From contig CAZBVQ010000001.1 in assembly GCA_964495685.1 (NCBI GenBank), forward strand, positions 233,521 through 297,520: a DNA stretch of 64,000 bases, written 5' to 3'. Position numbers and translations under genes: made by a program. Position 1 is the first letter of the stretch. Each line of letters opens with the position of its first letter. This DNA is from an uncultured Candidatus Saccharibacteria bacterium (GTDB lineage Bacteria > Patescibacteriota > Minisyncoccia > Phycocordibacterales > PALSA-1337). A model generated the notes under the pieces. The model saw only the letters and a list, made by a program, of their open reading frames with translations, had not been told where the DNA came from and made no database searches. This document shows positions 8,779-17,844 of this stretch, in pieces.

Positions 8779-9309
8779 ATGAAAATTCTCATTACAGGCA
8801 TAGCGGGAAGTGGTAAGACGACGATAGCGACCGAATTGAATAGGTTGGGTTATAGTGCAACTGATCTAGATACAAACGGAACGTGTGCCTGGGTAAATAA
8901 AAAGAGTGGTCTTGAAACTGAATATTCAGAAGCCTCTGGTCCACAGTGGATCGATGAACATCGCTGGCAGGTGATTGTGCCAAAACTTACTGCATTACTT
9001 TCACGTTTCCCGACCGATAGGAAGCTATTTGTAACGGGAAAGATAGCGCGCATGCAGGTGAAAGAAATGAGTACACTATTCGATATCATCTTCTTACTCA
9101 GGCCTGATGATCTGATTATCGATGAACGTTTGGCACAGCGCACCAGTAATCACAAAAACTTCGCAAAAACGACACAAGAAAGGGAGGTCATTCTACGCAA
9201 CAGGCATGAATTTGAAAAAGCGTGTCTCGATAGTGGGGCGCTCGTTATTAGTAATAATGGTAGTCTGCAGAGTGTGATTGGGGAGATACTGGGGAAGATT
9301 AAGGGGTAA
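8779..9309 (+). CDS. P-loop nucleoside/nucleotide kinase family protein
   Basis: N-terminal ILITGIAGSGKTT Walker A; ERLAQR lid motif. Confidence 0.85.
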   Translation: MKILITGIAGSGKTTIATELNRLGYSATDLDTNGTCAWVNKKSGLETEYSEASGPQWIDEHRWQVIVPKLTALLSRFPTDRKLFVTGKIARMQVKEMSTLFDIIFLLRPDDLIIDERLAQRTSNHKNFAKTTQEREVILRNRHEFEKACLDSGALVISNNGSLQSVIGEILGKIKG

Positions 9310-9410
9310 TGGGCGCTTGAGATGTGATGGTGTGATATCAGGCTGATTGTTCACGAGAGAACCTCTAGAGAAAAGGCTTTGGAGCAAGCCGCTAATTTTG
9401 TACCTTAAAT

Positions 9411-9445
9411 GAAAAACCACCACCGCTTGCTATGCGATGGTGGTC
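9411..9445 (-). terminator. Intrinsic terminator
   Basis: aaaaaccaccaccgc...gcgatggtggt stem with an A run on the plus strand. Confidence 0.55.
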
Positions 9446-9461
9446 GTGACCATTTTTCAGT

Positions 9462-10163
9462 TTATGGATTCTTTAGGAACGGTTCTGGGTTAACTTCGGC
9501 GTCTTCGCCAAAAAAATTCCCAGTGTTAACGTCGACGAGACTAAACTCGTAGCACGATATGCCGGTGCGTACGCTCAGTGCGAAGGTGTTCGCAATGAAC
9601 GCATGGAGCGCATGGCGACAGAATCCATCCACATCCGGCTCCCGAGGCGTTCCCAATTGTTGGCGGAGCGATTTGACTGAAATAAATACCTCGGCAGTGT
9701 TCACTTCAATATTACACTGTTTGAGGGTAAACGTGGTGAGATGAACGCGGTCGGGGCAATAAGCTCTGATCGTGATATCGTATACGGACTTTCTTGCTTC
9801 CACGTCTTCAATCTTGGCAGTCCATATGGTTGCCTCAGTCATGGGCACAGGCTCGATATTCTCGACATCAAAGCGGACTTGATCACTGATCTGGGGACGA
9901 CCCCCCTTGTTCGCTGACCCTTTAGCAATCCTCAGTTGAATTTTTCGCTCCTCTGCGCCGCAATCCAAGACAACTTTGCGGCCATGGAACAAGTTGGAAA
10001 CCATTCGCTTAATGGTCTGCAGGTGATTCCTTTTAAACTTGTCGATTGTCTCAGTTGTCTGTCCTGAAAAGACGGGGGACAGGAGTTTTACCAGTTCTAC
10101 CACGAGGGAGAGCACGCTCCCGCTCGAGGGTCCATTTTCGGCAGTTTCGGATGATTGAGGCAT
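9462..10163 (-). CDS. Hypothetical protein
   Basis: ORF with its own TTGACC-17-TATGGT promoter (10241-10269) and terminator; start moved to MPQSSE. Confidence 0.65.
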   Translation of the reverse strand: MPQSSETAENGPSSGSVLSLVVELVKLLSPVFSGQTTETIDKFKRNHLQTIKRMVSNLFHGRKVVLDCGAEERKIQLRIAKGSANKGGRPQISDQVRFDVENIEPVPMTEATIWTAKIEDVEARKSVYDITIRAYCPDRVHLTTFTLKQCNIEVNTAEVFISVKSLRQQLGTPREPDVDGFCRHALHAFIANTFALSVRTGISCYEFSLVDVNTGNFFGEDAEVNPEPFLKNP

Positions 10164-10240
10164 AAGCCTTGTATCCTTTTGGTTGTGTGTTGTTGTCAAA
10201 TAACGGTATATCGGCACATTGCCGATTGCGTTACTTTCAC

Positions 10241-10403
10241 ACCATAACATAAAATATTTACTGGGTCAAATACCTAAACTGACTTACAAAATATGATCAT
10301 CTGAGTGTCTCATTTTGACTGCGTTGAGCCCTAAAATAGAGCGACCGAGACGCGTAGGAAAGAATCAGAAAGAAATGTTAGAATAGCCTTACAAGGTTTC
10401 ACC
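10241..10403. promoter_or_regulatory. Divergent promoter module, copy 2
   Basis: Same arrangement as 6086-6253; tgtctcatttt and atagccttacaaggtttcacc. Confidence 0.55.
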
Positions 10404-10485
10404 ACTTAATTCTACCAATCTGGGCCTGACCAACTGTGGTCGTAGAATGGGACGGTTAGTAATTAAAAATAATTAATTCATCACT

Positions 10486-10659
10486 ATGTCACGAAGAAAA
10501 ATATTGCTTGTCGTATGGGCTCTTTCAATAATCATTTCAGGTGTGTTGGTTTGTTCTGCGTCTGGTAATGCGGAATACGGCTGGGCAGTCAGTCTCGGGC
10601 TTCTCGCAGTTTCGCTCGGGGTTCCGCTTATGCGAGCGCTCACGGAGTTTTCGAAGTAG
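10486..10659 (+). CDS. Small two-helix membrane protein (57 aa, not in the ORF track)
   Basis: MSRRKILLVVWALSIIISGVLVCSASGNAEYGWAVSLGLLAVSLGVPLMRALTEFSK. Confidence 0.55.
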   Translation: MSRRKILLVVWALSIIISGVLVCSASGNAEYGWAVSLGLLAVSLGVPLMRALTEFSK

Positions 10660-10718
10660 GCTTCAACTTCGTCACATACATCCCACGCCCAAGCTTTTTC
10701 CTATATAATACCCCCATC

Positions 10719-11204
10719 ATGAATAACACCCCAAAAAATACAATTTGCTTATGGTTCGAGAAGGACGCCGAGGGCGCAGCACAGTTTTATGCCAAGACAT
10801 TTCCCGACAGCAAGGTCATCGATGTGTCCGGTGCACCGAGCGATTTTCCAGATGGTAAAAAGGGTGATGTTCTTGCGGTAACATTCGAAGTCTGTGGAAT
10901 CCCGTGTATGGGCATTAATGGTGGACCCATGTTCAAACAAAGTGAAGCCTTTTCTTTCCAGATCGCAACGGATGATCAAGAAGAGACAGACAGATATTGG
11001 AATGCAATTGTGGGGAATGGTGGCAAAGAGAGTGAGTGTGGTTGGTGCAAAGATAAGTGGGGAGTATCGTGGCAAATTACGCCGCGCACATTGACCGAAG
11101 CTCTCTCTGCCGGAGGTGCCGAGGCAAAAAGCGCCTTTGACGCCATGATGACCATGCAAAAGATAGACGTGGCGGCCATAGATGCGGCACGAAAAAATGG
11201 GTAA
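10719..11204 (+). CDS. VOC family protein (PhnB / 3-demethylubiquinone-9 3-methyltransferase-like)
   Basis: TICLWF...AEGAAQFY, INGGP.F, CGWCKDKWGVSWQI. Confidence 0.92.
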   Translation: MNNTPKNTICLWFEKDAEGAAQFYAKTFPDSKVIDVSGAPSDFPDGKKGDVLAVTFEVCGIPCMGINGGPMFKQSEAFSFQIATDDQEETDRYWNAIVGNGGKESECGWCKDKWGVSWQITPRTLTEALSAGGAEAKSAFDAMMTMQKIDVAAIDAARKNG

Positions 11205-11277
11205 GATGGTCGAGAGAGGAACGGTGTATAGAAGAATTATCGGGACTTATGCATTGTAATGGCATAGAATTACCCAC

Positions 11278-11535
11278 ATGAACCCCAGTCACAAAAAAGC
11301 ATCACTCATCACCCTAGGCCTCACATCCCTCACCCTTTCTCGCGCCTGGTTCGCTCTCATCAATGATCCTGAAGGCCCCAACCTTCTCATTGTCATCGTG
11401 TTGGCGGCTATTTTGTTCGTTATTGCTCGGGCCACATTCAAGCCTCTCTCAGTCAAATGGGGAAGTCTCAAAGGAGTTGCGACGGCGATCGGCGTTCAGA
11501 TTGTGGTGGGGGTGCTGTTGTATATGGTGTTGTAG
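11278..11535 (+). CDS. Small membrane protein
   Basis: Three hydrophobic segments with a DPEGPNLL loop. Confidence 0.65.
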   Translation: MNPSHKKASLITLGLTSLTLSRAWFALINDPEGPNLLIVIVLAAILFVIARATFKPLSVKWGSLKGVATAIGVQIVVGVLLYMVL

Positions 11536-11547
11536 TACAATTGACGC

Positions 11548-11679
11548 ATGTTCACCCACACTACCTTCATTGTCCGTTGTCGCGCCATTATCCTCCATGC
11601 GGGCAAGATACTTCTGGTCAAACATGCACCAGTGAGCAACTTCTACGCTTTATCACAGCGTAGGTATTTCTTGCTATAA
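11548..11679 (+). pseudogene. Truncated NUDIX hydrolase N-terminal fragment
   Basis: IVRCRAIILHAGKILLVKH..NFYAL breaks off just before the expected PGG Nudix box. Confidence 0.5.
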
Positions 11680-11686
11680 TCACCCT

Positions 11687-12400
11687 ATGAATCTCACTCA
11701 GAAAGTCGTCGTCATCACCGGTGCCAGCAAGGGTCTCGGAGCGGTCATGGCTGATATGTTCAGAGGTCGTGGCGCTCAGGTGATCATCTCTGCTCGAGAT
11801 AAAGCTGCACTCGACGAAGTCGCCAAGAAAACAGGTGCTGTCGCGTGTGTTGCCGATGTGACCAAGCCTGCTCATATGGAAAAGGTGGCGGATTTCGCAG
11901 TGCAAAAATTCGGGACCATCGATATTTGGATTAACAATGCGGGTATTTGGTTGCCACGTGGACTTTTCGAACAAGTAGACATGAAGAGCGCGCATGATCT
12001 GTTCGAGGTCAATCTGTTCGGTATGATGTATGGTTGTCGTGCCGCGCTGGCTCATATGAAGAAGCACACGAATGGTACTATAGTTAATATTATTTCTACT
12101 GCCGCACTGGCACCTCGTCCCTACACAGCAGTGTACGCTGCGAGTAAAGCGGCTGAGAAAAATTTCACCGATTCATTACGGGAAGAGCTCATACAGGAAG
12201 GTACAAACATTACCCTGATTGGCGTGTATCCTGGTGGCATCAAGACGCACCTTTTCGATGTTGAATCACAGGCACCCAAGGATTTCGACTTATTCTTGGC
12301 ACCAGAGACAGTTGCAGAGAAGATCATTACTAATCTTGAGCAAGACCAGCCAGAATTGGAGCAGGTCATCAAAAGGCCGGGGCAGGAGATACAGAAATAA
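11687..12400 (+). CDS. Short-chain dehydrogenase/reductase
   Basis: TGASKGLG, NNAG, YAASK. Confidence 0.93.
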   Translation: MNLTQKVVVITGASKGLGAVMADMFRGRGAQVIISARDKAALDEVAKKTGAVACVADVTKPAHMEKVADFAVQKFGTIDIWINNAGIWLPRGLFEQVDMKSAHDLFEVNLFGMMYGCRAALAHMKKHTNGTIVNIISTAALAPRPYTAVYAASKAAEKNFTDSLREELIQEGTNITLIGVYPGGIKTHLFDVESQAPKDFDLFLAPETVAEKIITNLEQDQPELEQVIKRPGQEIQK

Positions 12401-12404
12401 TGCC

Positions 12405-13283
12405 ATGAAGATTTCCACACAGAGAATATGTACCGATGACGGACTTGAGTTATTCGGACTCTTGTACGAACCTGATGCGAAGTCAGCAAAAATACTTGTA
12501 CATGTTCACGGTATGGCAGGAAATTTTTACGAAAATCCATTTCTTGATTTCATTGCAAAAACTCTCACAGATCAGGGAATAGCCTTTTTCACCTTTAATA
12601 ATAGAGGATGCGAGTCTTTTAAGGATTTGACGCAGAAGGTTGGCGGTAAGAAAAAGTTTGTAAGAATAGGTAACGCCTATGAAAAATTTGAGGAATCAGT
12701 GCTGGATATCAAAGCTACTATAGATGCCGTTTCCACATTAGGTTTTTCTGAAATACACCTTTCAGGTCATAGCCTCGGGAGTCCCAAAGTTGTTTATTAT
12801 GTGTCAGAAACAAAGGACCCACGGATTAATTCAGTGCTACTCCTCTCTCCTTCCGATATGCTTGGTTTAGTGCGAGCTGATAGGGAGAGATTCGAGCGAG
12901 ATATTCAAGAAGCCACAACAATGTCCCAAAATGGGAAAGGAGGGGATCTTATTTCATTGAAAGTTTGGGATGAGTGCCCAGTAAGCGCGGACACCTATAT
13001 AAGTTTATTTGGCGATAATTCCAAGGCGGGCATTTTCAACTTCTATAATTCGTCCGACCGTCTAGAAGTTTTAGGGAAGATCACTCAACCTCTATTTGCG
13101 GTGATGGGTAGAAAAGATGATGCGTTAACTGTTTCGATAGAAGAGACCATGGAACGTATAACAAAGGCTACAAAAAATAGCCCCCATGTTGAGACACAGA
13201 TTCTCGGCGATGCTAATCATGGATATTTTGGAGATGAACAGGGGCTGGCTGATGCCATACTTGGATGGCTATGTCGTAAGTAG
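12405..13283 (+). CDS. Alpha/beta hydrolase (DUF1749-like)
   Basis: HVHGMAGNFY, GHSLG nucleophile, terminal ANHGY. Confidence 0.88.
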   Translation: MKISTQRICTDDGLELFGLLYEPDAKSAKILVHVHGMAGNFYENPFLDFIAKTLTDQGIAFFTFNNRGCESFKDLTQKVGGKKKFVRIGNAYEKFEESVLDIKATIDAVSTLGFSEIHLSGHSLGSPKVVYYVSETKDPRINSVLLLSPSDMLGLVRADRERFERDIQEATTMSQNGKGGDLISLKVWDECPVSADTYISLFGDNSKAGIFNFYNSSDRLEVLGKITQPLFAVMGRKDDALTVSIEETMERITKATKNSPHVETQILGDANHGYFGDEQGLADAILGWLCRK

Positions 13284-13296
13284 ATAGGGTCCACAC

Positions 13297-14562
13297 CTAT
13301 TCCTTCGGCAACACCACTGACACCTTCGTACCTTTGCTGAGCTGAGAAGACAGACTCACCGTACCACCGTGGAGAGTGATGATTTTCTTGGCCGTATAGA
13401 GACCGATACCACTCTGATCTGGTTCGAGCTGGAGTGCATTCTTGCCACGATACATGCGCTCGAAAATGTACTTCATATCAGCCGGTGATATACCGATGCC
13501 GGTATCGTTGACCGCGAGTGTCGCCGATGATCCGTCATCGGTTAGTGTTACCGTGACTCGTGCGTGAGGTGAATATTTGATCGCATTATCAATAATGTTA
13601 TTGAGTGCCGCTTTGAGTAATTTTGCATCTGCGGAGATGGTCAGTTCGCGGGGAATAGACACAGACAATTCGACTTCTTTGCGTTGTGCCAAGAATTCGA
13701 GCTCCGTTAGTATATCGCGCACCATTCCAGCCAAATCAGTTGATTCCTTCTTGAGGTTGAGTGCATGTTCGTCGCCTTCACCAGTCTTGAGCATATCATT
13801 GACGATGTGGATGGCATCAGTGAGACGCTCGATACCGGTGGCGAGAATGTCGCGAGATTCTGGGGCTGCCGGGTTGGCTGCGGCTGATTCCATAGCCCAT
13901 TTGGCACCCGTGAGCGGCGTACGCAATTGATGCTGGGCAATACTGAGGAAATCATTCTTGAGCGTATCGACCTGGATGAGTTCGATGAGGCGCTTGCTCG
14001 TCTGTTCCCGTTCATTCTTCTGGTGGAGGGACTCGATCACGATATGATGCATGAAATAACACACCATACCCATGAGTACGGTTTGGATGATGTGCTGGGT
14101 GATGAGTGCAGGGGTGATTTCTGCTACTGGATAGGTGATGATCAGTGCGGCAAAGAGGATGGTCGTGAATATGCCCACATCACGCGTGGTGGTACGGTCG
14201 AGATAAACGGCCGAAGTGAGGAGGGGGAAGATGAGTAGGAATATGAAAGGGCTCGATATATTCCCAGTAATGAAGATGAAGTAAATGAAGAATGCTGAAT
14301 ATGCGTACTGAGTGATGTTGTAGTAGATATTCTTCTTGGTGTGTTGGTGGAGACTGAATAGGGTGGCATGAATGATGCCGATGACGAACAGGGATATGCA
14401 CCCTTCGGTGGGCTTGAGCATCCAGGTGAACCAGGTGGGCAATGTGTAGATCAGGGCCGAAATGATGAGGGGGACGACCACCCCGATGACCTCAATGGCG
14501 ATGAAATAGATATGGAGACGTGAGTGTCCGGGTCTGGGCGCTGCTGCAGGAGCTGGTGTCAT
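13297..14562 (-). CDS. Membrane sensor histidine kinase (no cognate regulator nearby)
   Basis: HQLRTPL H-box; NAIKY; DTGIGI; GIGLY; multi-TM N-terminus. Confidence 0.93.
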   Translation of the reverse strand: MTPAPAAAPRPGHSRLHIYFIAIEVIGVVVPLIISALIYTLPTWFTWMLKPTEGCISLFVIGIIHATLFSLHQHTKKNIYYNITQYAYSAFFIYFIFITGNISSPFIFLLIFPLLTSAVYLDRTTTRDVGIFTTILFAALIITYPVAEITPALITQHIIQTVLMGMVCYFMHHIVIESLHQKNEREQTSKRLIELIQVDTLKNDFLSIAQHQLRTPLTGAKWAMESAAANPAAPESRDILATGIERLTDAIHIVNDMLKTGEGDEHALNLKKESTDLAGMVRDILTELEFLAQRKEVELSVSIPRELTISADAKLLKAALNNIIDNAIKYSPHARVTVTLTDDGSSATLAVNDTGIGISPADMKYIFERMYRGKNALQLEPDQSGIGLYTAKKIITLHGGTVSLSSQLSKGTKVSVVLPKE

Positions 14563-14735
14563 GGGAGTATTGTAGCATGGGTGGGGACGACTCAATCCGG
14601 GGGTGTTCCTAGTAAGTCTTTATAGCTAAATAATATTCAGGACATGTCAATGCTTTGCTGCTAGTTTCCCTCTTGGAAGGGAAGTGCTATGATACACCCA
14701 TTCGTTATTAGTCATTATTCAGCTAACCAACATTT

Positions 14736-14990
14736 ATGGCAAAAGAAAACTCCGCATTTATGAAGCCGTTGAACGTCAGTGAAGATCTCGCTGCAGTTGT
14801 CGGCAAGGGCCCTATGGCCCGCTCAGAAGTGGTCAAGAAGCTCTGGGTCTACATCAAGGGCAAGAACCTCCAGGATCCCAAGAACAAGCGCAACATCAAC
14901 GCTGACGCAGCCCTCAAGAAGGTCTTCGGTGGTAAGGATGTTGTCAACATGTTCGAAATGACCAAGTTGGTCTCCAAGCATCTTTCATAA
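14736..14990 (+). CDS. SWIB/MDM2 domain protein
   Basis: SEDLAAVVG..RSEVVKKLWVYIK..NLQDPKNKRNINAD..LKKVF. Confidence 0.93.
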   Translation: MAKENSAFMKPLNVSEDLAAVVGKGPMARSEVVKKLWVYIKGKNLQDPKNKRNINADAALKKVFGGKDVVNMFEMTKLVSKHLS

Positions 14991-15010
14991 TCATCCGCTC
15001 GGATGGTACA

Positions 15011-15039
15011 AAAAGGCCGGTATCGACACGGCTTTTTTT
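15011..15039. terminator. Bidirectional terminator
   Basis: aaaaggccg...cggctttttt between convergent genes. Confidence 0.65.
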
Positions 15040-15055
15040 GTTTGTACGTTTTCTG

Positions 15056-15967
15056 TTACTCGAAGAAATTGACCAAATACTCATCTATCTTCCTTTGGTC
15101 CATGTCGTAGAAATTCAAGTTCTGGTTGTGGAGGTAGGTCGCCAATTTCACGCCGACATAGCGCCAGTGCCATGGTTCGAAGACGTAGAATTTGTTGTCT
15201 GCAGGATATGAGAGGGTGAAGCCATACTTGTATGCGTTGGCACGGAGCCAGGTATATGCCTTGGTGGTATCGAATCCGTCGAGTTGACCATTGAGGCCCG
15301 TGGTGATGAGGTCGGTGGCTGTGCCGAGCTGATGCTCTGAATAACCCTGGTCAGCTGAGAATGTATTGGCGGTGCCAGCACCGTAGGTGATCGCATATGT
15401 ACTCTTGAGCGCACGCTGTTCGTCGAATGAACGGTAGGCAGAGAAGACATAGATACGGATACCATCTCGTGCGGCGTCACTCAGCATGTTCTGGAGATGT
15501 TCGAGTGTGTCAGCAAGGAAAAGGGGACGTTTGGTGTCAGAATATACATACGCAGAGGGTACTTCGGTGAGACGGGCAGGGATATAATTTTCATTCAAGA
15601 AAAAAACTTTGGAGTACTTGGCGAGAAGCTGAGGATCGGTCTTGCTCAATTTCTGGAGATTGGTCACAGTCGTCGAGTACGAGCCGACTTGTTCCTGGTA
15701 GGTGCCGACTTGCTGCTGGAGACTGTTCACATTCTGACGTTCTCGGGCGAGTTCGTCAGTGAGGGCTGAATGCGTAGCATCGATAGCGAGGGCAAGCTTG
15801 GCTGTTGTTGATGCGAGGGACGATGAGAGCTCCTGATTCTTCGCTGCGAGATCGTTGAGACGGTTATTGGTCAGATGAATACCGATGACTGTATAGAGTG
15901 CCGTCGCTACGAGGAGTACACCGACACCACCATAGACGAAGGTGATCGTTTTTTGTTTGATAGCCAT
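15056..15967 (-). CDS. M15B D-alanyl-D-alanine carboxypeptidase (VanY-like) with N-terminal TM and coiled coil
   Basis: SAYRS, SEHQLGTATD, EPWHWRYVG. Confidence 0.92.
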   Translation of the reverse strand: MAIKQKTITFVYGGVGVLLVATALYTVIGIHLTNNRLNDLAAKNQELSSSLASTTAKLALAIDATHSALTDELARERQNVNSLQQQVGTYQEQVGSYSTTVTNLQKLSKTDPQLLAKYSKVFFLNENYIPARLTEVPSAYVYSDTKRPLFLADTLEHLQNMLSDAARDGIRIYVFSAYRSFDEQRALKSTYAITYGAGTANTFSADQGYSEHQLGTATDLITTGLNGQLDGFDTTKAYTWLRANAYKYGFTLSYPADNKFYVFEPWHWRYVGVKLATYLHNQNLNFYDMDQRKIDEYLVNFFE

Positions 15968-16044
15968 GCGCGCATTATATGTTATTTGTAGGAGAAAGGG
16001 TACTGCACAGTATGTTGTTGTTTGTGTTAGTATGACGAATACGT

Positions 16045-17838
16045 ATGGAAACAGATACCAAACAAACAAAAGAGCAGATAGGTGCAGGTCTCCGTGCTAT
16101 CTGGCGCCATGTACGGCCATTCCGTGGCAAAGTGATCACTATGGTTATCCTAGGTCTCGTCTCGGCCCTAGCCAACGGTGTCGTGCCGTACGTCACCGGT
16201 CGTTTCTTCGATACGCTCATTGGCGTGTCGCAACATCAGGTGGCCATGTTTTCAAACTCCCTCTCACTATGGGCGGCCCTGCTCGTGGTGTGGGCAGTAG
16301 TCCAACTTGTCGCCAATAATATCGACTGGGTGATGGATCGTATACGTCGCCGTCTCGACACTAATGTCCATTTCAAGATGCAGGTAGAAGGATTCATACA
16401 CTTATTTAGATTACCTCTCAACTACCACAAGAATGCTCATAGCAATGCTGACTTGCAGAAAATAAGCCAAGCTGCCTGGAGGGTTTCAAGTATTATCGCA
16501 AGTATTTCACAGATAGCCCCACAACTCTTGAGTATCCTTATTGGTGTTACACTCGCAGCAACTATCAATAGTACTTTAGCCGGTGTATTACTCATCGGTG
16601 TAGTCATTTATGTCATACTTCTTTTCCGCATCCTGTTACCAGTTGCCTCTATCGATGCGCAGGCACACAAGAGCTGGAATGAACACTGGGACGATGCTTC
16701 TGCTTCTGTACAACAGATCGAGAGTGTCAAACAGGCATCAGCAGAGGAATATGAGATCAAGAAAGTCACCGACAATCTTGCAGTGAAGACTGCTGGTTTG
16801 TGGATGAGACTTGAGCGTAATTGGAGTAATGTTGAATTTTTCCAGCGCACTATCGTATTCCTTACCCAGTTGACCGTGTTTGTACTGTCAGTTGGCTTTG
16901 TGGCCAGAGGTATCATATCGGTCGGTGAACTCGTTGCTCTGAATGGATATTCATTGATGTTTTTTGGTCCGTTCGTCGCTCTTGGTCATAGTTGGCAAAC
17001 TATCCAAAATGGTATCACTGCCGCCGCTCGTGCTGAGAAAATTTTCGACGAGAAACAGGAAGTATATATGCCGACTGATGCCGTATCTCCGACCGCCATT
17101 GCGGGGAACATTACCTTTGACCACGTCTCATTCAAGTATGGAGCAGGTCAACCTGAGGTGCTCTCGGACATCAATGTCACCATCAAGGCCGGCCAAGTCG
17201 TTGCTCTTGTCGGTGAATCGGGAGTAGGTAAGAGTACCAGCATCTCACTTATTTCTGGCTATTATTTTCCGACTACAGGCGCTGTATTTATCGATGGTAT
17301 CGACACGCGACGATATGATCTCAAGAAATTACGTGAGCATATAGGTGTTGTTCCGCAAGAAGTCGCCTTGTTCAACGATACACTCATGGCCAATATTCGT
17401 TACGGTACATTCGGTGCCTCAGACGAAGATGTCATTCGTGCCGCTCGTGAAGCGCATATGGAAGAATTCATTTCCGCACTTCCGTTGAAATTCCAGACCA
17501 TCGTAGGTGAGCGCGGCATCAAGCTTTCTGTTGGTCAGAAGCAACGTGTCGCTATTGCCCGTGCTATATTGCGCAATCCCTCGATACTTATTCTTGACGA
17601 GCCGACGAGTGCACTCGATGCTCAGACCGAGAAAATAATTACAGGTACATTGGAGAAACTCATGCAGGGCAAGACCACGTTCATCATCGCCCACCGTCTT
17701 TCGACAGTGCGTAAGGCAGATAATGTCCTAGTGTTCCAGAAAGGTACAATCGTCGAGCAGGGTACTCATCACGAGCTTGTTGCGCGAGAAAATGGCGTCT
17801 ACCGTCGTCTCTACGAATATCAGATTGGTCTCCACTAG
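16045..17838 (+). CDS. ABC exporter, fused permease/ATPase (MsbA-like)
   Basis: TM domain plus GESGVGKS, LSVGQKQR, LILDEPTS. Confidence 0.95.
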   Translation: METDTKQTKEQIGAGLRAIWRHVRPFRGKVITMVILGLVSALANGVVPYVTGRFFDTLIGVSQHQVAMFSNSLSLWAALLVVWAVVQLVANNIDWVMDRIRRRLDTNVHFKMQVEGFIHLFRLPLNYHKNAHSNADLQKISQAAWRVSSIIASISQIAPQLLSILIGVTLAATINSTLAGVLLIGVVIYVILLFRILLPVASIDAQAHKSWNEHWDDASASVQQIESVKQASAEEYEIKKVTDNLAVKTAGLWMRLERNWSNVEFFQRTIVFLTQLTVFVLSVGFVARGIISVGELVALNGYSLMFFGPFVALGHSWQTIQNGITAAARAEKIFDEKQEVYMPTDAVSPTAIAGNITFDHVSFKYGAGQPEVLSDINVTIKAGQVVALVGESGVGKSTSISLISGYYFPTTGAVFIDGIDTRRYDLKKLREHIGVVPQEVALFNDTLMANIRYGTFGASDEDVIRAAREAHMEEFISALPLKFQTIVGERGIKLSVGQKQRVAIARAILRNPSILILDEPTSALDAQTEKIITGTLEKLMQGKTTFIIAHRLSTVRKADNVLVFQKGTIVEQGTHHELVARENGVYRRLYEYQIGLH

Positions 17839-17844
17839 AGAGGG

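Noticed and set aside
4274-9309. Deaminase plus P-loop kinase as a split dCTP-deaminase (AvcD-like) defence system
   Set aside because: The genes are 4 kb apart in different transcription units, and the deaminase looks like an ordinary guanine deaminase/TadA-type enzyme.
3249-13283. Run of small co-oriented accessory genes as an integron cassette array
   Set aside because: No attC-like RYYYAAC...GTTRRRY sites between genes and no integrase; most genes have their own promoters.
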